This document shows, piece after piece, positions 1 to 14,600 of a stretch of 64,000 nt of DNA. This DNA is from Octopus vulgaris (lineage: Eukaryota). The position numbers and the translations under genes are program-made. The DNA lies in assembly GCA_951406725.2 (NCBI GenBank), contig OX597817.1, positions 104,842,001-104,906,000 of the forward strand, read 5' to 3'. Numbering within the stretch: the first letter of the stretch is position 1; each line of letters starts with the position of its first letter. The notes under the pieces are model-generated. The model was not told where the DNA came from, did not search any database, and was given only the letters and a program-made list of their open reading frames with translations.

Positions 1-1278
1 TCTTTAGCATTATACATCTTCGAGAAGCTTTATAGTGATGAATACAGCAGTTTTGTGGATTTTTTCATTTTTCTTTTTCTTTTTTTCTTTTCTTTTTTTT
101 TTTGAAATAATACTGCTTCTTTTGCTATTATTAAATTTTTATCCTGCCTGCCAATCCTGTCAATCACTGTTTTTCTATCTCAGTAGAGGCTAAATTTGTG
201 TAATTTAGTGCATTCAGATTACCCTGTCAAATGTAATGCTTATTTATTCACATTGTTTTCTATTACTCCTGCATTATCTCATAGCTTTGAGATTTTAACA
301 AAGTGATTGTATATTTTTAGAATGACATTTTAAGATATGTGTAAGAGGCCAGATCTAGCTAGTTTGAACATAAAACAAGTAGAATATTTGGGGTGGATAT
401 GGCTAGTTTAAATGCTAAAGAGCTAAGTATGCAGTTGCTAGTGGGTGCTTGCTATTAATGACTTGAAAAGAGGCAGAAATCTAGATTTATTAATTCCACC
501 ACCACTGCTGGATGATTTTCATTTGCTACTGGTATAAATGTATTTGTGTATTGATGATTGGACAAGTTGTGTAAATGATGCAATTCTAGTATGTAATACA
601 TTTATGAACTAACAAAATTTGATATTTCAATGAATACTGATTCAAGAATGGGTATGAAAAATATATTTACAAGTTGTGAAAAGGAAATGTAACAATGTTG
701 GTTAAAAATGTTTGTATTTTATTTGCATGAGTGTATATTTACAGGTTGGTTGGTAGGTCAGTTAGTGGCAGTTAGCTGTTGTTATTATGTCTATTATGCC
801 ATTTTAGTGGTGGTGGTGGTGGTAGAGACAGTAACCTTCTCATTAGGATGACCTAAGGGTCAACAGGCCCCTGGGTCATCATAATGTTGCCTTTTCAGTG
901 GGACGTCAAGTACTTGAAATGAATTCTCTGTATCTGTTTATATTGTGGAGCTAAGTGGATGATTTAGAGAGATATAGTTCTCAAAAGGTCAAGTAGAGCT
1001 TTTGAACACAGGCTTTGTGCTTCCATGGCAGGTAAAAGGTTGATAACAATAACAATAAGTAATCAGAGCTCAAATATAAAATATATAAATCAGAAGTTTT
1101 ATAGATCTGATCTTAGCAAGTTTTCCCATTACAGATTCTGTGAGTCATTTTAGTTGAGTAGTGGATAAGTGATTGCACACAACTATTCTTGAAGCTATTG
1201 ACATATTCAAATTTGTGACAACTCATTCTGATAATGCCAGAAGCTACTCCTACTTGACAAATGATACTAGTTGGTTAA

Positions 1279-1473
<195 letters not shown>

Positions 1474-2381
1474 TAAGTTACATTCTGAAAGAATATGTGA
1501 TTATTATTATTTAAAAAAAAAGAAAAAAACTAGAGCAATGATATGTGTGTTTCTGTGTGGTTACGAAGCTTGTAGTCTTGGGTTCAGTTCCATTGCACAG
1601 CACTTGGGTCAGTATCTTCTACTATAGTCATGGACTGATCAAAGCCTTTTCAGTGGAAGCCTCTGTGTGTGTGTGTGAATCAGTGTTTCTTTATGTTTGT
1701 CTCCCACCACTGATTACAACCAGCATTGGTTTGTTTACATCCTTGTAACTTAGTAGTTCAGCAGAAGGGGCCAATAGAATAAATAGCAGGCTTAAAAAAT
1801 AAGCACTAAACCCTTCAAGGCAGTGCCCCAACATGGCTGCAGTCTAAAGACTGAAACAAATAGAAAATAAAAGATGAGGCAAAATTTAAAATGTTGATAC
1901 CTTAGAAAACTCATCTCTCTATGTAGAAAGTCTATATGTCTATTCTGGTATCATTCTTTTACTTGTTTCAGTCATTAGACAGCAGCCATGAATAATTTTT
2001 AGCTGAATGTATCAACCCCATGACTTATTTTTTTAAGGCCTGGTACTTATTCTATCAGTTTCTTTTACTGAACCACGAAGTTATGAAAGCATAAACAAGC
2101 CCACACCAGTCATCAAGCAGCAGTGGTGGTGGGGCAAACACAAGGACGCACACACATAGATAGATGTACATATATATGATGGGTTTCTTTCAGTTTCCAT
2201 CTACCAACTTCACTCACATGGCTTTGGTTGGTCTGAAAGCTATAGTAGAAAACACTTGCTCAAGGTGCCACTCAGTGGGACTGAACCCTGAACCATGTGG
2301 TTGGGAAGCAAGTTTCTTACCACACAGCCATGCTTGTGCCTATATATAATAGATTTACTTGATACGAATTATTTTGGTTTT

Positions 2382-2906
2382 ACAGATGAGGAATTATGTA
2401 CATTATTTATATTTGATGGTTATTTGTCGTCATCTTGTTTGTTGTTAACACAACGTTTCGGCTGATATACTCTCCAGCCTTCACCAGGTGTCTTGGGAAA
2501 ATTTCGAACCTGGGTTCTCATTCCTAAGGTATTTTTCGATGTTGTTGTCGTCGTTGGCGGCGTCATCATCATCCTCTATTCATTCATTCATTCATTCATT
2601 CAGGTCTCTGCCTGGAATCGAATTTAGAATCTTGGGGTTAGTAGCCAGCTCTCTTATTTACTACACCATATGCCGTGGCGTAGTGGTTAAGAGCGCGGGA
2701 TACTAACCCCAAGATTCCAAGTTCAATTCCAGGCAGTGACCTGAGCATTAGCGATAATAATAACATCGAAAAATACCTTAGGAATGAACCCAGGTTCGAA
2801 ATTTCCCCAAGACAACTGATGAAGGCTGGAGGATATATCAGCCGAAATATTGTGTTAACAACAAACAAGAAGAGGACAAATATCCGTCAAATGTAAATAA
2901 TGTAAA
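2382..2906. mobile_element. palindromic head-to-head tRNA-headed retroelement with hammerhead-ribozyme tails
   Basis: Arms 2396-2669 and 2676-2906 are reverse complements. A box TGGCGTAGTGG at 2676 and B box GTTCAATTCC at 2721. Flanked by a 12-bp direct repeat TATTTTGGTTTT (2370-2381, 2907-2918). Confidence 0.85.
2811..2856 (+). ncRNA. minimal type I hammerhead ribozyme motif
   Basis: GACAA-CTGATGA-A-GGCTG(GAGGATATAT)CAGCC-GAAA-T-ATT-GTGTT. The mirror copy on the - strand (2447-2492) has core CTGGTGA and GAAAC-GTT. Confidence 0.7.
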
Positions 2907-3986
2907 TATTTTGGTTTTGCTCTAAATTCTTGTTCAACAAATAATTTTTCTATGCTTTTATTTATTTATTTTTTTTGCTCTTTTTCCTATCTGCTAAATA
3001 CTGATTTGTCATACCTATGATGTTAATACAGAGGAAATTTTATTATGGGGTACTATGGGTGATTGTTTATAAACAATATTGTTATGTTGTATATAGATAA
3101 AATTTAAGATTATCAAAAATGATATCATAACCAAAATAGGTGAAATGTGTGTATATATATCAATTTTCAACGTTAAAAAGGAAAGATTACATAGAATCAG
3201 TTTAATATTCATTCATGTACATAATTATTTACTTATTAGGTGGTTTCTATAAAGACTGCTCTGGGCATTTACTTATGGAATACTGGAAAGATAAACATGC
3301 TATCTACATATTAATTATAAACCAAGAGTCAGAAAAAAATAAAGATGTGTACAGATACACATACATATTGATCTATGTGCACACAGGCACATATACATAA
3401 ATATTTATATGCTTATATGGATATAGTATAACCATCTTGCATAGACTTAAGTAACTAAAAAGTATCTATTTATGAACAAGATAACAATTTATAAGGGATA
3501 AGAGGTTAATTGGTTATGCACACATATATGCAATGCCTTTTACATCTAAAAAAATAAACTGAGGTCACTAAACTGGACCCCACTCTGCTATTCTTCTGAG
3601 CAGGACTAAAAACAAGACCTGTTGAAGGGTGGATGAGCTCCCTGTGGGCCAATGGCCATCCAGCCGAGGAAAGCAATGGCAAACCACCCCATTATCTCTG
3701 CCACGATAAAAAATATGACAAAGTCACAATGAAGCTATGGCTACATTTGATAGGAGAACTCAGACTTAATTGGGAAGATTTTCATTATAGTGTCAGCAGC
3801 ATACTGCAAAAGCATATGATACAGGACAATGAAGGGGATTTGGTATTCAGTAACTATTTCTAGCAGGTCAAGCAACTGTAGTTCTTATTAGTTGATCTTT
3901 AGGCTTGATATAGTTTATATTTCACTTATGTTAAAATGGTATTTTTTTTTCTGCATTATTAAAACAGTATTTCTTTTGTTTTGTAG

Positions 3987-4176
3987 GAAGACTCCAGCTA
4001 TTAAAGAACCACTTTTGTTTTGTTCTCCGAAGAATACAGCATATGTTCTAAAACCAAGTGTTACATCAGCATTTAACCCTTTATATAAAAGTTTGATGAC
4101 TCAAAGCCCAGAACTTGCCTTATGCAGTCCTGCAGCTAATTCTAACCAGCCCCAGGCCAGTTTTGAAGGACAATGA
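3987..4176 (+). CDS. GLCCI1/FAM117-family protein, last coding exon
   Basis: ttttgtag| acceptor, phase 2 compatible with the previous exon. KTPAIKEPLLFCSPKNTAYVLKPSVTSAFNPLYK...EGQ* resembles the family motif [20 protein letters not shown]. Nearest clear AATAAA is at 4861. Confidence 0.8.
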
Positions 4177-7100
4177 TTACTTAAATATTTCTTTAACAAC
4201 AATATTTATTAAGAATGTCACACGGTATTTCAAATGTTTATTTTGGCATATTCTTCTAGAATCTGTTCCAATTAAAACATTAATTGTAAACTAGTTGTTA
4301 ATCATATCGAACAATTGAGCATTGTATACCAGACATGGAGTGATACAGTCAATGGAAAAGGTTTGCTAATTAACAAACAATATTGGCAAATTTCTGGGCT
4401 CTAATTATCATAACATCTACAATTTATGTTTCATTTCACAATTTTTATTTTATTCATTTTTTTTTTTTATATTTCATTATTCCTTATGCAGATGGATCCT
4501 ATCTGTGCCTTTTTTGTTTAGTAGTCTGCAGTTTGGATTTTTTTTTGTCTTTTTGGTTTAATGAATGCTTAAAGCAGAGAAATGAACCAATAATTGGTGA
4601 GATATTACTCACTTAAGCTGAGATTGTGATATCTGATTTTACAGATTTGAAATTGATATAAGTTTTGTTCTATTGTTATGGCTTGGATGCATACTTTCCT
4701 ATTCTCCTCATATGGATAACAGTAACAGATATGTTGCTTTACCAAGGTAATATGCCCCCTTCCTTTTGAATGGGATATTCTTTCTATTGCCATGCTTTGT
4801 CTAGTCTTAAAAATCTAAGCAAAAAAAAAATCACAATCATTAGAGACCTAGTATTGTGTCAATAAATAGAACATTAATTCAATACCATTATAATGTTGGT
4901 GTATAAGTGAATATTTGACCTTCATATCACAGTAAGTGGAGGTACATATGTAATAGATTCACCACACTGTCACCACATGTATATTGAACATTTTTTGCAC
5001 ATAAAACCATAAGCATGTATGTTACATATTAACGTATGTCTTAATGCTATAAGAGACCTCCAGTTTAAGGCAAGAGGCAAAATGAATGTTCCAGTTAGGA
5101 GCCAAAACAAGGTGGCAGATTTGGTTTGCTGTAGCATCAGATGGCATGTCAAAGATTGACAAACAATAGTTTTTACATTGGTTTAAAGTTCTAGAAATAT
5201 ATGATAGGGAGTAGTGAGTTATGAGCTCCATGTTTTTGTTGTTTACCACCATGTCAACTCTGAGCAGACTTATAATTAAATACTTTTCACCTATGTCTAT
5301 CCTTTCTTTTAAGGTATAATATATCTAGGACTACATTATATCCTTACTATTTGAAAAGCTGTCTGTAAGGTGTGATGTGGCTGCTAATTCTAACAGGTTG
5401 AGCTACCATATTGAGGCTCCCTTGCTAGCTTATAAAATCTATATTGTTCTGAAGAGCATTAATGAAATGGTTCTTTTAGAGTCAATTTCTGATTTTACCA
5501 GAAATGGATTCATAACAGAAAAGCACATAGACACATCTGTGTCAAGTATTTAGCTTAATTACATTAAAAATATTGTATAGGATTGTATTTTGGGCTTCTA
5601 ATGATCTCTTATGAAAGTCTCTGCTATTTTTCTTTATATACTAGTCGGGTGTGTCCTTTATGTTGTTTGAGGACAAAAATCTAATTACATGTTGAATCTA
5701 AAAACCCCTTATTAGTATATCCTTAATATTTTGAAATATATAATCTAACAAAATTATGATTTAACTTTATTATATAGAAAATAATTTCCAGTTTTGTTGT
5801 GTCTAGGGAGTCATTATTCCAATATTATTAATACACACACTGAAAATCATTGAAAAGGTTGGAAGTAGCAACAAAAGATCTTTGACAAACAAAAACAATA
5901 TAAATGACTTACTGTTTAACCAAATTAAACAATCAATTAGTTAGTTGGATATTTAACCAATTGACTTAAAGGAGTGGAATTGAACCAATGCATGTGTTAA
6001 TAATATTGTTATAATGGCTCTCCCTAGACACAACAAAATTTGTTTCAACACACGAATTCACATAAAGAATCTTGCAAACCAGATACAAAAACCAAATAAT
6101 TTCCAGTTGATAATTGTAATATAAATGTTGTTGCTAATATTAGCACTAGGAAGGGCAATGACTGACAAAATGCTTTGCGCTTTTTAGTCACATTGATTTC
6201 AAATCCAGTCATGCTCAGTTTTGGTTAATCAAATTAAGTAGCAGTTGAGTAATGGATTTGATTTAATGCATTGTTATATGTTCTCTTAAAATAATAGTCT
6301 TGTGCTGATGTTAAAATATTAGCAGTAGAAGGTGGTGAATGATTGAATAAGTAGAACACCAGACAAAAGCCTTGTGTTGTTTAGTTACATTTCTGTATGT
6401 TTTAACTTCAAATCCCGTGTGGTCAGTTTTGCTTTTCATATCCCAAGGTTAAGACAATAAGCCCTTGACTATACTCCTTCCCTATAAATTTGTGGCCTGG
6501 GGCCAATGTCAGAAACCTATATTAGCACTTGGAACATTCAGTCCATTTTATTCATACTGTGATTTTATTGAATACTTTTGAGCAGTCATTGGCAAATTGC
6601 AGCCCACAGGACTCTCTGAATGGCAAACCTAATGAAAAATTACCTCAGACTTTTTTAGTAGTGTGGGCTACCTGATCATGACCCATGTCTTATGTATCCT
6701 GTTTCTTGAAAAAAGTTGCCCATGTCTGCTTTAGAATATATTTTACTTCATATGAAATATATTTTCATTTTGAGAAAGCATCACTGATATGTTATTAGTA
6801 AAATTATTTTTTAAAACAAGATTGCATTAGCTACATTCGTCGCTAATCATTTTTAGTTAACATTCCATTCATTTTTATTTTAAAAAATCCAAAATGTTTA
6901 TTTTTTATTTTAACAATTTGTTACATATTCTGTTCAAATTCGTTTTATTCAGTGTATTATTGCAACCTCGCAAACCTCACTCTTTCCAGTCATTTTTCTC
7001 ATGAATGTCAACCTTCTGGAATGCATTTCATACTGAAGTCCACTTAGATGTTTAAGCAATGTCAGAAGGCAGGTACAAGTCCAGTCCTTCTGACTGAAAC

Positions 7101-7190
7101 TATTAAAAATAATTTATTAGTACTGCAGCCATTAAAATATTAAAATATTACTATTTTTATTATATCCATGGACTGTAGACAGTCTATATA

Positions 7191-8430
7191 TCAGGTCATT
7201 AAGAATGAAATCTCCAATTTTGAACTGAAAGTTAATTTTTCTTTATCTCAACAAAGAGCAATGCAGTTAATCAAAGTATGCACCTAAATTATCAACATAA
7301 TTTTGCCGTTTTATTGGTAGCTTATTTATACTTACGTGATAAAATCACGAAATGCTGTTTTTGCATCTTCTTCCGATTTGACATTTTACCTTGTAAAAAG
7401 TTGTCTAATGCCTGGAAAATGTGATAGTCAGTTGGTGCAAAGTCTGGTGAATATGGTGGATGACAAACTACTTCCAAGTTCAGTTGCTGTAACTTGAATA
7501 GCGTTCTTTGTGCAACATGTGGTCAAGCATTGTCTTGCAAGAGAATTGGACTGTCTCTATTGACCGATCTCGGTTGTTTAATTGCAAGTTCACTTATCAT
7601 TTCATCCACTGTAATTGACTTACCAGGTCTCATAAAGTTGTAGGGGATGACACCAAACTGACACCATTAGCTTTTTTTGGTGAATGTTCTTTTTTGGATA
7701 GTGTTTTGACATTTTCTATCCAACCATCTTGCTATTGTTGAAAAGAATCCATTTTTCATCACATGTAACAATACAATGCAAAAGTGGTTTGCTTTTATGC
7801 TGTGACAGCAAAGAACAGCAAGTTTCAAGATGATATGTCATTTGATGCTTGTTCAGTTCATGTGGTACCAGCTTCTTTACCTTGCTGATTTGTTTCAGAT
7901 GGTCCAATACAGTTGGAATTAAAGCATCAAACCTTGCTGCTAACTCATGTGTTTGAGATGTATCCTCTTCCACTATAGTTTCAGGTCTACCATGGGGCTG
8001 ATTTTCAAGAGTAAAGTCACCAGACTGGAACTTCTCAAATCATCGACATACAGTGCACTCATTTGCCACATCTTCACCAAACACCTCATTGATGAGTTCC
8101 ACAATGGAACTCATATTCATAAACAACATGAATTTTTAATCTATCCATGGGTTCACAAAAATTGATTTATAGAAGAAGACTCTCAAAATAATCAGACACC
8201 ATGAATTGCATTTCAAATGATGAGCCTGGTGCAGCCTTCTGGCTTCCCAGATCCCCGGTCGAACCGTCTAACCCATGCTAGCATGGAGAACGGACATTAA
8301 ACGATGATGATGATGATGATGTAACCCTTCAATGTTGTAAAATAAAGAAATGTCAGGATAAAACATTAGAGTTAATGACTGTCAAACTTGGTGCATACGA
8401 AAATCAGACATTTCAATCTTAACGACCTGA
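7191..8430 (-). mobile_element. decayed mariner (DD34D) transposon
   Basis: Imperfect TIRs TCAGGTCATTAAGAATGAAAT / ATTTCAATCTTAACGACCTGA flanked by TA. Transposase remnants LVPHEL, HCIVTCDEKWI, QDNA and HPPYSPDFAPTDYHIF carry stops and frameshifts. An RTE-tail insertion sits at about 8222-8320. Confidence 0.9.
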
Positions 8431-8467
8431 TATATTGATACACACACACACACACACACACGTACAT

Positions 8468-8662
8468 GCTTGCTTGCTTCATGCTCTTACTTGATGGGGC
8501 TGGGATCATCCCAGGCTAGTGGTCCTACCCAGAGTCATCGTCATGTATAGAGTGGACCAGGTTCACCAGTGCTTTCCATTGCTGGCAGTCCTGTGCCAAT
8601 CCCTCTGCATCCTCCAAAATGATGTCAAGCCTCTGGAGATCTTCACCAATCATGTCCAGCCA
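8468..8662 (-). mobile_element. 3' end of a different RTE-like LINE
   Basis: - strand WLDMIGEDLQRLDIILEDAEGLAQDCQQWKALV, with a (CAAG)n tail. Confidence 0.6.
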
Positions 8663-11600
8663 TACATACATACATACATGCTTGCACATATACATGTATA
8701 TATTTGTGCAAAAATTGATGGAGACTTAGACAGTCATTAGCACACAGAATAAAATACCTTGTGGCATTTGTTTCAGCTGTTTGTTCTCTGAGTTCAAACC
8801 TTGTTATGGTCACCCTGTTCTGTCCCAGTCCAGTGTTGGACAAGATTCCTTGTGGCATTTACTCCAGGTCTGAATTCTTAGATGGTAAACTTAATCAGAT
8901 TGCTTGGGTTAACATTATCATTTGGTCCTTGGATGACTTTGATGGAGATCTCTGCCACAAGCATTTGGGTTATGTCTCTAGTTTCAGAATGACTTCTTCT
9001 TTACCATTCTTGGAAGCCCAGAAAAAATGCTAATGGGTCATAGATGCTACACTTTACTCTGATTTAAAAAAAAAAAACCTAATAGCAGGCTTAATGATAT
9101 TTTTCCATGGATTCAAAATTACTTTTAAATCTGTAATTATCATAATAGTGGGAGTTACTCTTGTTGGATTTAGAACTATTATATTTAAATAGTAATGAAA
9201 CAAACATAACTTAGAGATCTTCCTACTTTGATTGGAAGTACCTTTGGCCTGTTCTTTTATTTAAAAGATTTTTTTTAATGTGTGTTTGGAAACCAAACAT
9301 ATAACCGAGAAAGAAAGCTGTCCATTTAATTTGCAAACTATTTCTTAACTATATTTCTGTTCAAATTCACTGCTGTTGTTTCAGTTAATTTTGATAATAA
9401 TGGAAAATTTAGTAAAATAAATTTTGTCATTATTAAGCTGGTGTTTCAAACAAATTAACATTGACTTTTGATGGAAGGTTTTAGCTAAGATATTTTAAAG
9501 CATGACATTTATATCATAAAAGTAAGGGCTGTTTCAGGTGGGTTGGCATCAAGAGGGTTAAACCTCCCCACCTCTATTCACCAATCTTTAGCTTCTTCAT
9601 TCCAGTTCCTTCTTGGTATGCTGTACATTTTTACCTCTTCATACAATCTTCTGTCTGTCCTTGTAATACTTCTGATGCCTCAAATTTCACACCTGTTAAA
9701 TACAGTTAAACCATTTTTTCTATGTTTGCAGCATGATGACTATTATAAACTATGAGTGACATTGTTTCTTTTTCAACAGGCTTCTTGACAACCTTAAACA
9801 CCATTAAACTATTTTAGTTTAGCTATTATAGATCAGTATATTAGTATAGATTTAAATTTAAAAGGAAGTTTTGTGTATATTCTTTTATTATTCTACATGT
9901 TTCAGTCATTTGACTGTGACCATGCTGGAGTACCACCTTAAGGGGTTTTAGTCAAAGAAATCAACCCTAGGACCTATTTTTTGTAAGCCTAGTACTTATT
10001 CTCAGTTTCTTTTGTTGAACCATTAAGTTATGAGGACATAAACACACCAACATCAGTTGTCAAGCAATGGTGGTGGGGTACAAAGATACACACACACACA
10101 CATAAATATAAATACATACATACATATATATATATATGATGGGCATCTTTCAGTTTTCATCTACCAAATCTACTCACAAGACTTTGGTCAGCCTGAAGCT
10201 ATAGTAGAAGACACTTGCCCAAGGTGCCACACAGTGGGACTGAACCTGGAACCAAGTTTCTTACCACACAGCCATACCTGCTAGTAATGGTTTTAAATAC
10301 TTTTTGTTTACTGTCATATTAGTCTATTTTTATGGGATTTGATTTTAGCACAGTAGGAAAACACCACTTGGAACTAAAGAAGACAGCAAAGATGGCCTCA
10401 ATTAAGGGTATGCCAATCCCATCTTTTTCCCCTAGAAATATTGTACTCCATATGCATAATATACACTGTGTCCTTTTAGATAACAGAATGTGGTTAGGAG
10501 ATTTGCTGGCTATTTCTAGCCCATTTGTAGTGACCATCTAGAGGCTCTCTCATTGGCTTACTGGTTAATTCACTAAATCATGAGGCAGGAGCTCAGTGTT
10601 ACAATACAAACTTGTTACTATTTACAAGCAGACATTTTACTCCAATCAACGATTGCTGAATAAATAACTCAGATAAATAACATTCTAGGAGCTACCTAGA
10701 CTAATAATTTATTTGTTGTACATTGGTACAGAGACTTATGTTTATAAGGAAGATGACTGGGATGATCATACCTATCTTACAAGGAAATGAAATGATTCCT
10801 AGTCAGTTAGAAAACTTACATCAATCCAGTTCTACTCTGTAATATCTTATCTATTAAAACAGTCATTGAAAACTGTTTCTTGCCTTTTATAATGCGGAAT
10901 ATTTTGAGTCTTTTCAGTTTCAATATTTTTATAACTTAATAAATCATGTACCAGCCTGCTAATTTTTTGTTAATGTGATCAGTGGCTTTCTATTCTAATC
11001 AATTAATGTTTAACTCTAACTAACTAGCTTTCTACAACCAAATAGTTTTTCTTGTGAGGTTAACAAAATTATGTTATTGAAAAATAATCAGGTTTTATAG
11101 CTGTTGGAAAGCAATGGTAACCTGGACAGAAATATAATTCACTCATTATTTTCTGATGGTCAGTTAATTCTATGCTAAATCAAGTATAAAGTCTTATCAG
11201 TTTTTTTTTTTAAATGTTCAATTTTATTTAACTTTTTTTTAAAAAAAAGCTTTGGCAAACGCCTCACCTGAAATGGTGTGTTGAAACTGAAATAAATCAG
11301 AAGAGTAAGGGTAACCATTTGAAAACACACATGCCAATATTTTACTGCAGTGAAATTAAGGGACTAGGTCGGAGATATACGACAAAAATATTGATGCTAT
11401 TGTATACTCTAATACCTGAAAATTAAATATAAAGTGTGTTTTAAATAGCCCTCATGACTCTTCTGTGGAATTTGCTTATACTTTTTTTTCAACTCAATTT
11501 TCTATGAGAAATTATTATTCCAATACTTGTGCTTCCTGTTCATATTTTTGAGAACAGATTTGTAAATATCAGAAATTGAATTAGTTGGTTTGTTGTCAGT

Positions 11601-14600
11601 GTGCATGTTTATTTCCACTTCTTACATTAAATCTATATGATCATTCCATTATGACATTCTGTGATAAAATTATACTTTAGAACTTAACTAATGTACTGAA
11701 TGAAAAGAAAAAAAAAGTTGTTATAATAAAATCAAATCATGTTATTTTTAGAGATAATCTTTATCTGAAAACACCAGCATGGAAACATGGATGTTAAAAG
11801 TGATGATGACCAGTATCGTGTTTTTGTTTTTTAAAATTTTTATAGTTTTTTTTTTTTTTCAAGAAAATTTTAGATTAAAGACTGGATGGACTCAGAATCA
11901 AACTATTGAAAAAGAAAAAAAAAAGAGTAACCAGTATTTGATATATTCATTGCAAATTGTATTTCATGTAACTTGTTGACTTGGTCTCTCTCTCTCTAGA
12001 TGTTCCAGCTTATTTGCTTTGTCAATAGTATTATTCCAATATATTCTCAGTCATTGGTATTTAGTTATATGCCTTCAAGCATGTGGTTCACTGCAGCCAT
12101 CCTCTCATTTCAAAATTTTCTATTCAAAATATCTAATATTTTATTAAATTTTCTAATTTAACCGGTGACATTATGAAGATTATTGAAAGAGTATTCCAAA
12201 ATTATTTGAGGCATTTGAAGAATTGAGATGCAGAAGAAAAAGAAATTTAACCTGTCACTAAAAATTTATCTGCTATATTTACAATTAATCATATTTTCAT
12301 TTAGCACTGGGGTGTGGGAAGAGCCCCAGCATTAGATTCATATATGTTTTTATGTAATGAAACCATTCTAGATTTCCTAAATAAATAAATATAAAAAAAG
12401 CTTGTTATTTAAAATATTTATTTTTAAATCTTATAATAAAACCCAACGAATTCAGTTAAAGGTTTTGAATTAAAAAAAAAAAGTGAATTTTTATTGATAT
12501 GTCATGAAGGAAATTATTACAAACTGCATATATGGGGCTTATTAGTGTACATAAATCTAAACTTCCCTTAAATTCTCCAAAGGAATTTTATCTGAAATTA
12601 GGAAATTCTTTATACAATTTGAATCTCGTGCTCTATTTTCATGTATGTCAATTTCTAACCTGGTGTTTAGTTACAAAATCACTGACAAAGCAAATAGTCT
12701 GGGTCTTACTTTCTATACTTTAAATAAAATATTTGAAATACGACTGGCCATAAATTGTTTTATTTGCTAACAATGTTTGATTATAATCATTGAGTCATGT
12801 CTTGGTTAATCATGAGTTGGCCTCGGTTATATTGACAGGATATTGTCTCCTTTCTAGGACAGGATTGTCATTGGTCTCAATAAGACAATAACTTTCTTGT
12901 ATAGGTCCAAGGACAGAAATTTGGGAGGTGGGGAATGAAATAAATTGACCCTAGTATTTGACTACTATCTTATTGATGCACAGGTATGGCTGTGTAGTTA
13001 AGAAGTGGCTTTTGCTATGGCCTGGGCCAATCAAAACCTTGTGATTTAGTAGACAGGAACTGAAAGACGTCCATGTGTCTGTCTGTCTCTGTCTATATAT
13101 ATATATCTACACACACATGCATGCCCTTGTTTTGACATTGCATGATAGTTATAAATGGTTTGTCACTGTCATATAAGTGTACTTGCTTGGCACTTGGTAG
13201 TAAATACCTTCTACTGTAGGTCCAGGTCAGTCAAAGTCTTGTAAGTGAATTTGGTAGACAAATTAAAAGAAGCTTGTAAGTATATAATAGTTATACACTT
13301 GACAAGTGAATTCAAAGTATTATATAAAAAATGGATTTTCTAATTTAACCGGTGACATTATGAAGATGTGTATGTGTGTGTGTGAGCATTTGCTTATCTT
13401 GACAATCATGTGATAGTTGTAAATGAATATTACAGTTGTACAAGTGTCATTCATTTCCAGTTCTCTGTAAGAATAGTGAAGGAAATACATTCAGCCAGGA
13501 GGAAATATTACATTTCTTGGAAACAGTTGAGGGTTAGCAACAGAGAAAACATCTCAATATCCTTTGTCTGATCCATGCAAGCATGGAAATGTAAAGGGTA
13601 AGACAATGGTGATGAAAGGTAAAGTTGATCTTAGTGAAATTTTGAACTCAAAAGGCAAAAAGCTGTAATGAAATATTGCTAGACATTTTGTCAAACTAAT
13701 GTCTTGTCAGCCAATCTAACCCTTTAGTGTTTAAACTGGTCATATCCAGCCTGTTTTATGTTCAAACCAGCCAGATCCAACTTCTCACACCTACCTTACA
13801 ATGTCAGTCTAAAGCATAAACAATCACAAAGTTAAAATCTTGAAGCTATGAGATAATGCATGATTAATTCAAAACAATGAATAAATAAGTATTAGATATG
13901 ACAGAAGAATCTGAATCCTAAAAGTTTAAGTTGTGGTTTAGAGAGTAGACAAAGCTGTGAAGGGAGCAGATATGTATAGCCAAAAAAGAAGTTAAAGATG
14001 TTAATATCGGTAATATAGCCATAAAGTCAATTTTACTTGTTAATACTTTTAATAGAGCACAAGAAGTTACTATATGTTGGTATAACTGAGCCAGAGATAT
14101 TAGCTAAAACTAGAGGATTTAAAAATTTTATATCTGTTATTGAAAGTTGGAACACTTAGGAATTGGATATTGTGAATGCAGGATTTGTCATACTTTACAA
14201 AAGCATGTAAAGTACCTTGGATAAGTTTAACCAATTCTGCATTAACAGCAGTTAACTTTTTAACCCTTTAGTATTCTGATATTTTTGTCAAATGTAATAT
14301 TTATTTATTCACATTGTTTTGAATTAATCATGCATCATCTTGCAGCTTTGAGATTTTCATGATGTGATCGTTTATTTTTAGGACATTGCAGGGTAGGTGT
14401 GAGAAGTTGCATCTGGCTGGTTGAAATGCTAAAGGATTAAATGATTTCAAATTTTCAGTATGCTGGAAAAGATAACTTCAGTTCTGGCCAATATCACTGG
14501 TTCAATAAATCCAATATTTGATCACTTTTAGTGGTTCTTTAAAAAACAAACACTTAAATTGATTGAGCTTGAAGTACTATCATGATCATTTTAACAGCCA

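Noticed and set aside
2672-2745. Possible tRNA gene
   Set aside because: Has A and B boxes but no good acceptor stem or cloverleaf; it is the head of a repeat element.
4177-12740. Very long 3' UTR for the GLCCI1-like gene
   Set aside because: Several AATAAA sites exist (4861, about 12380, about 12723), but the end cannot be chosen without transcript data.
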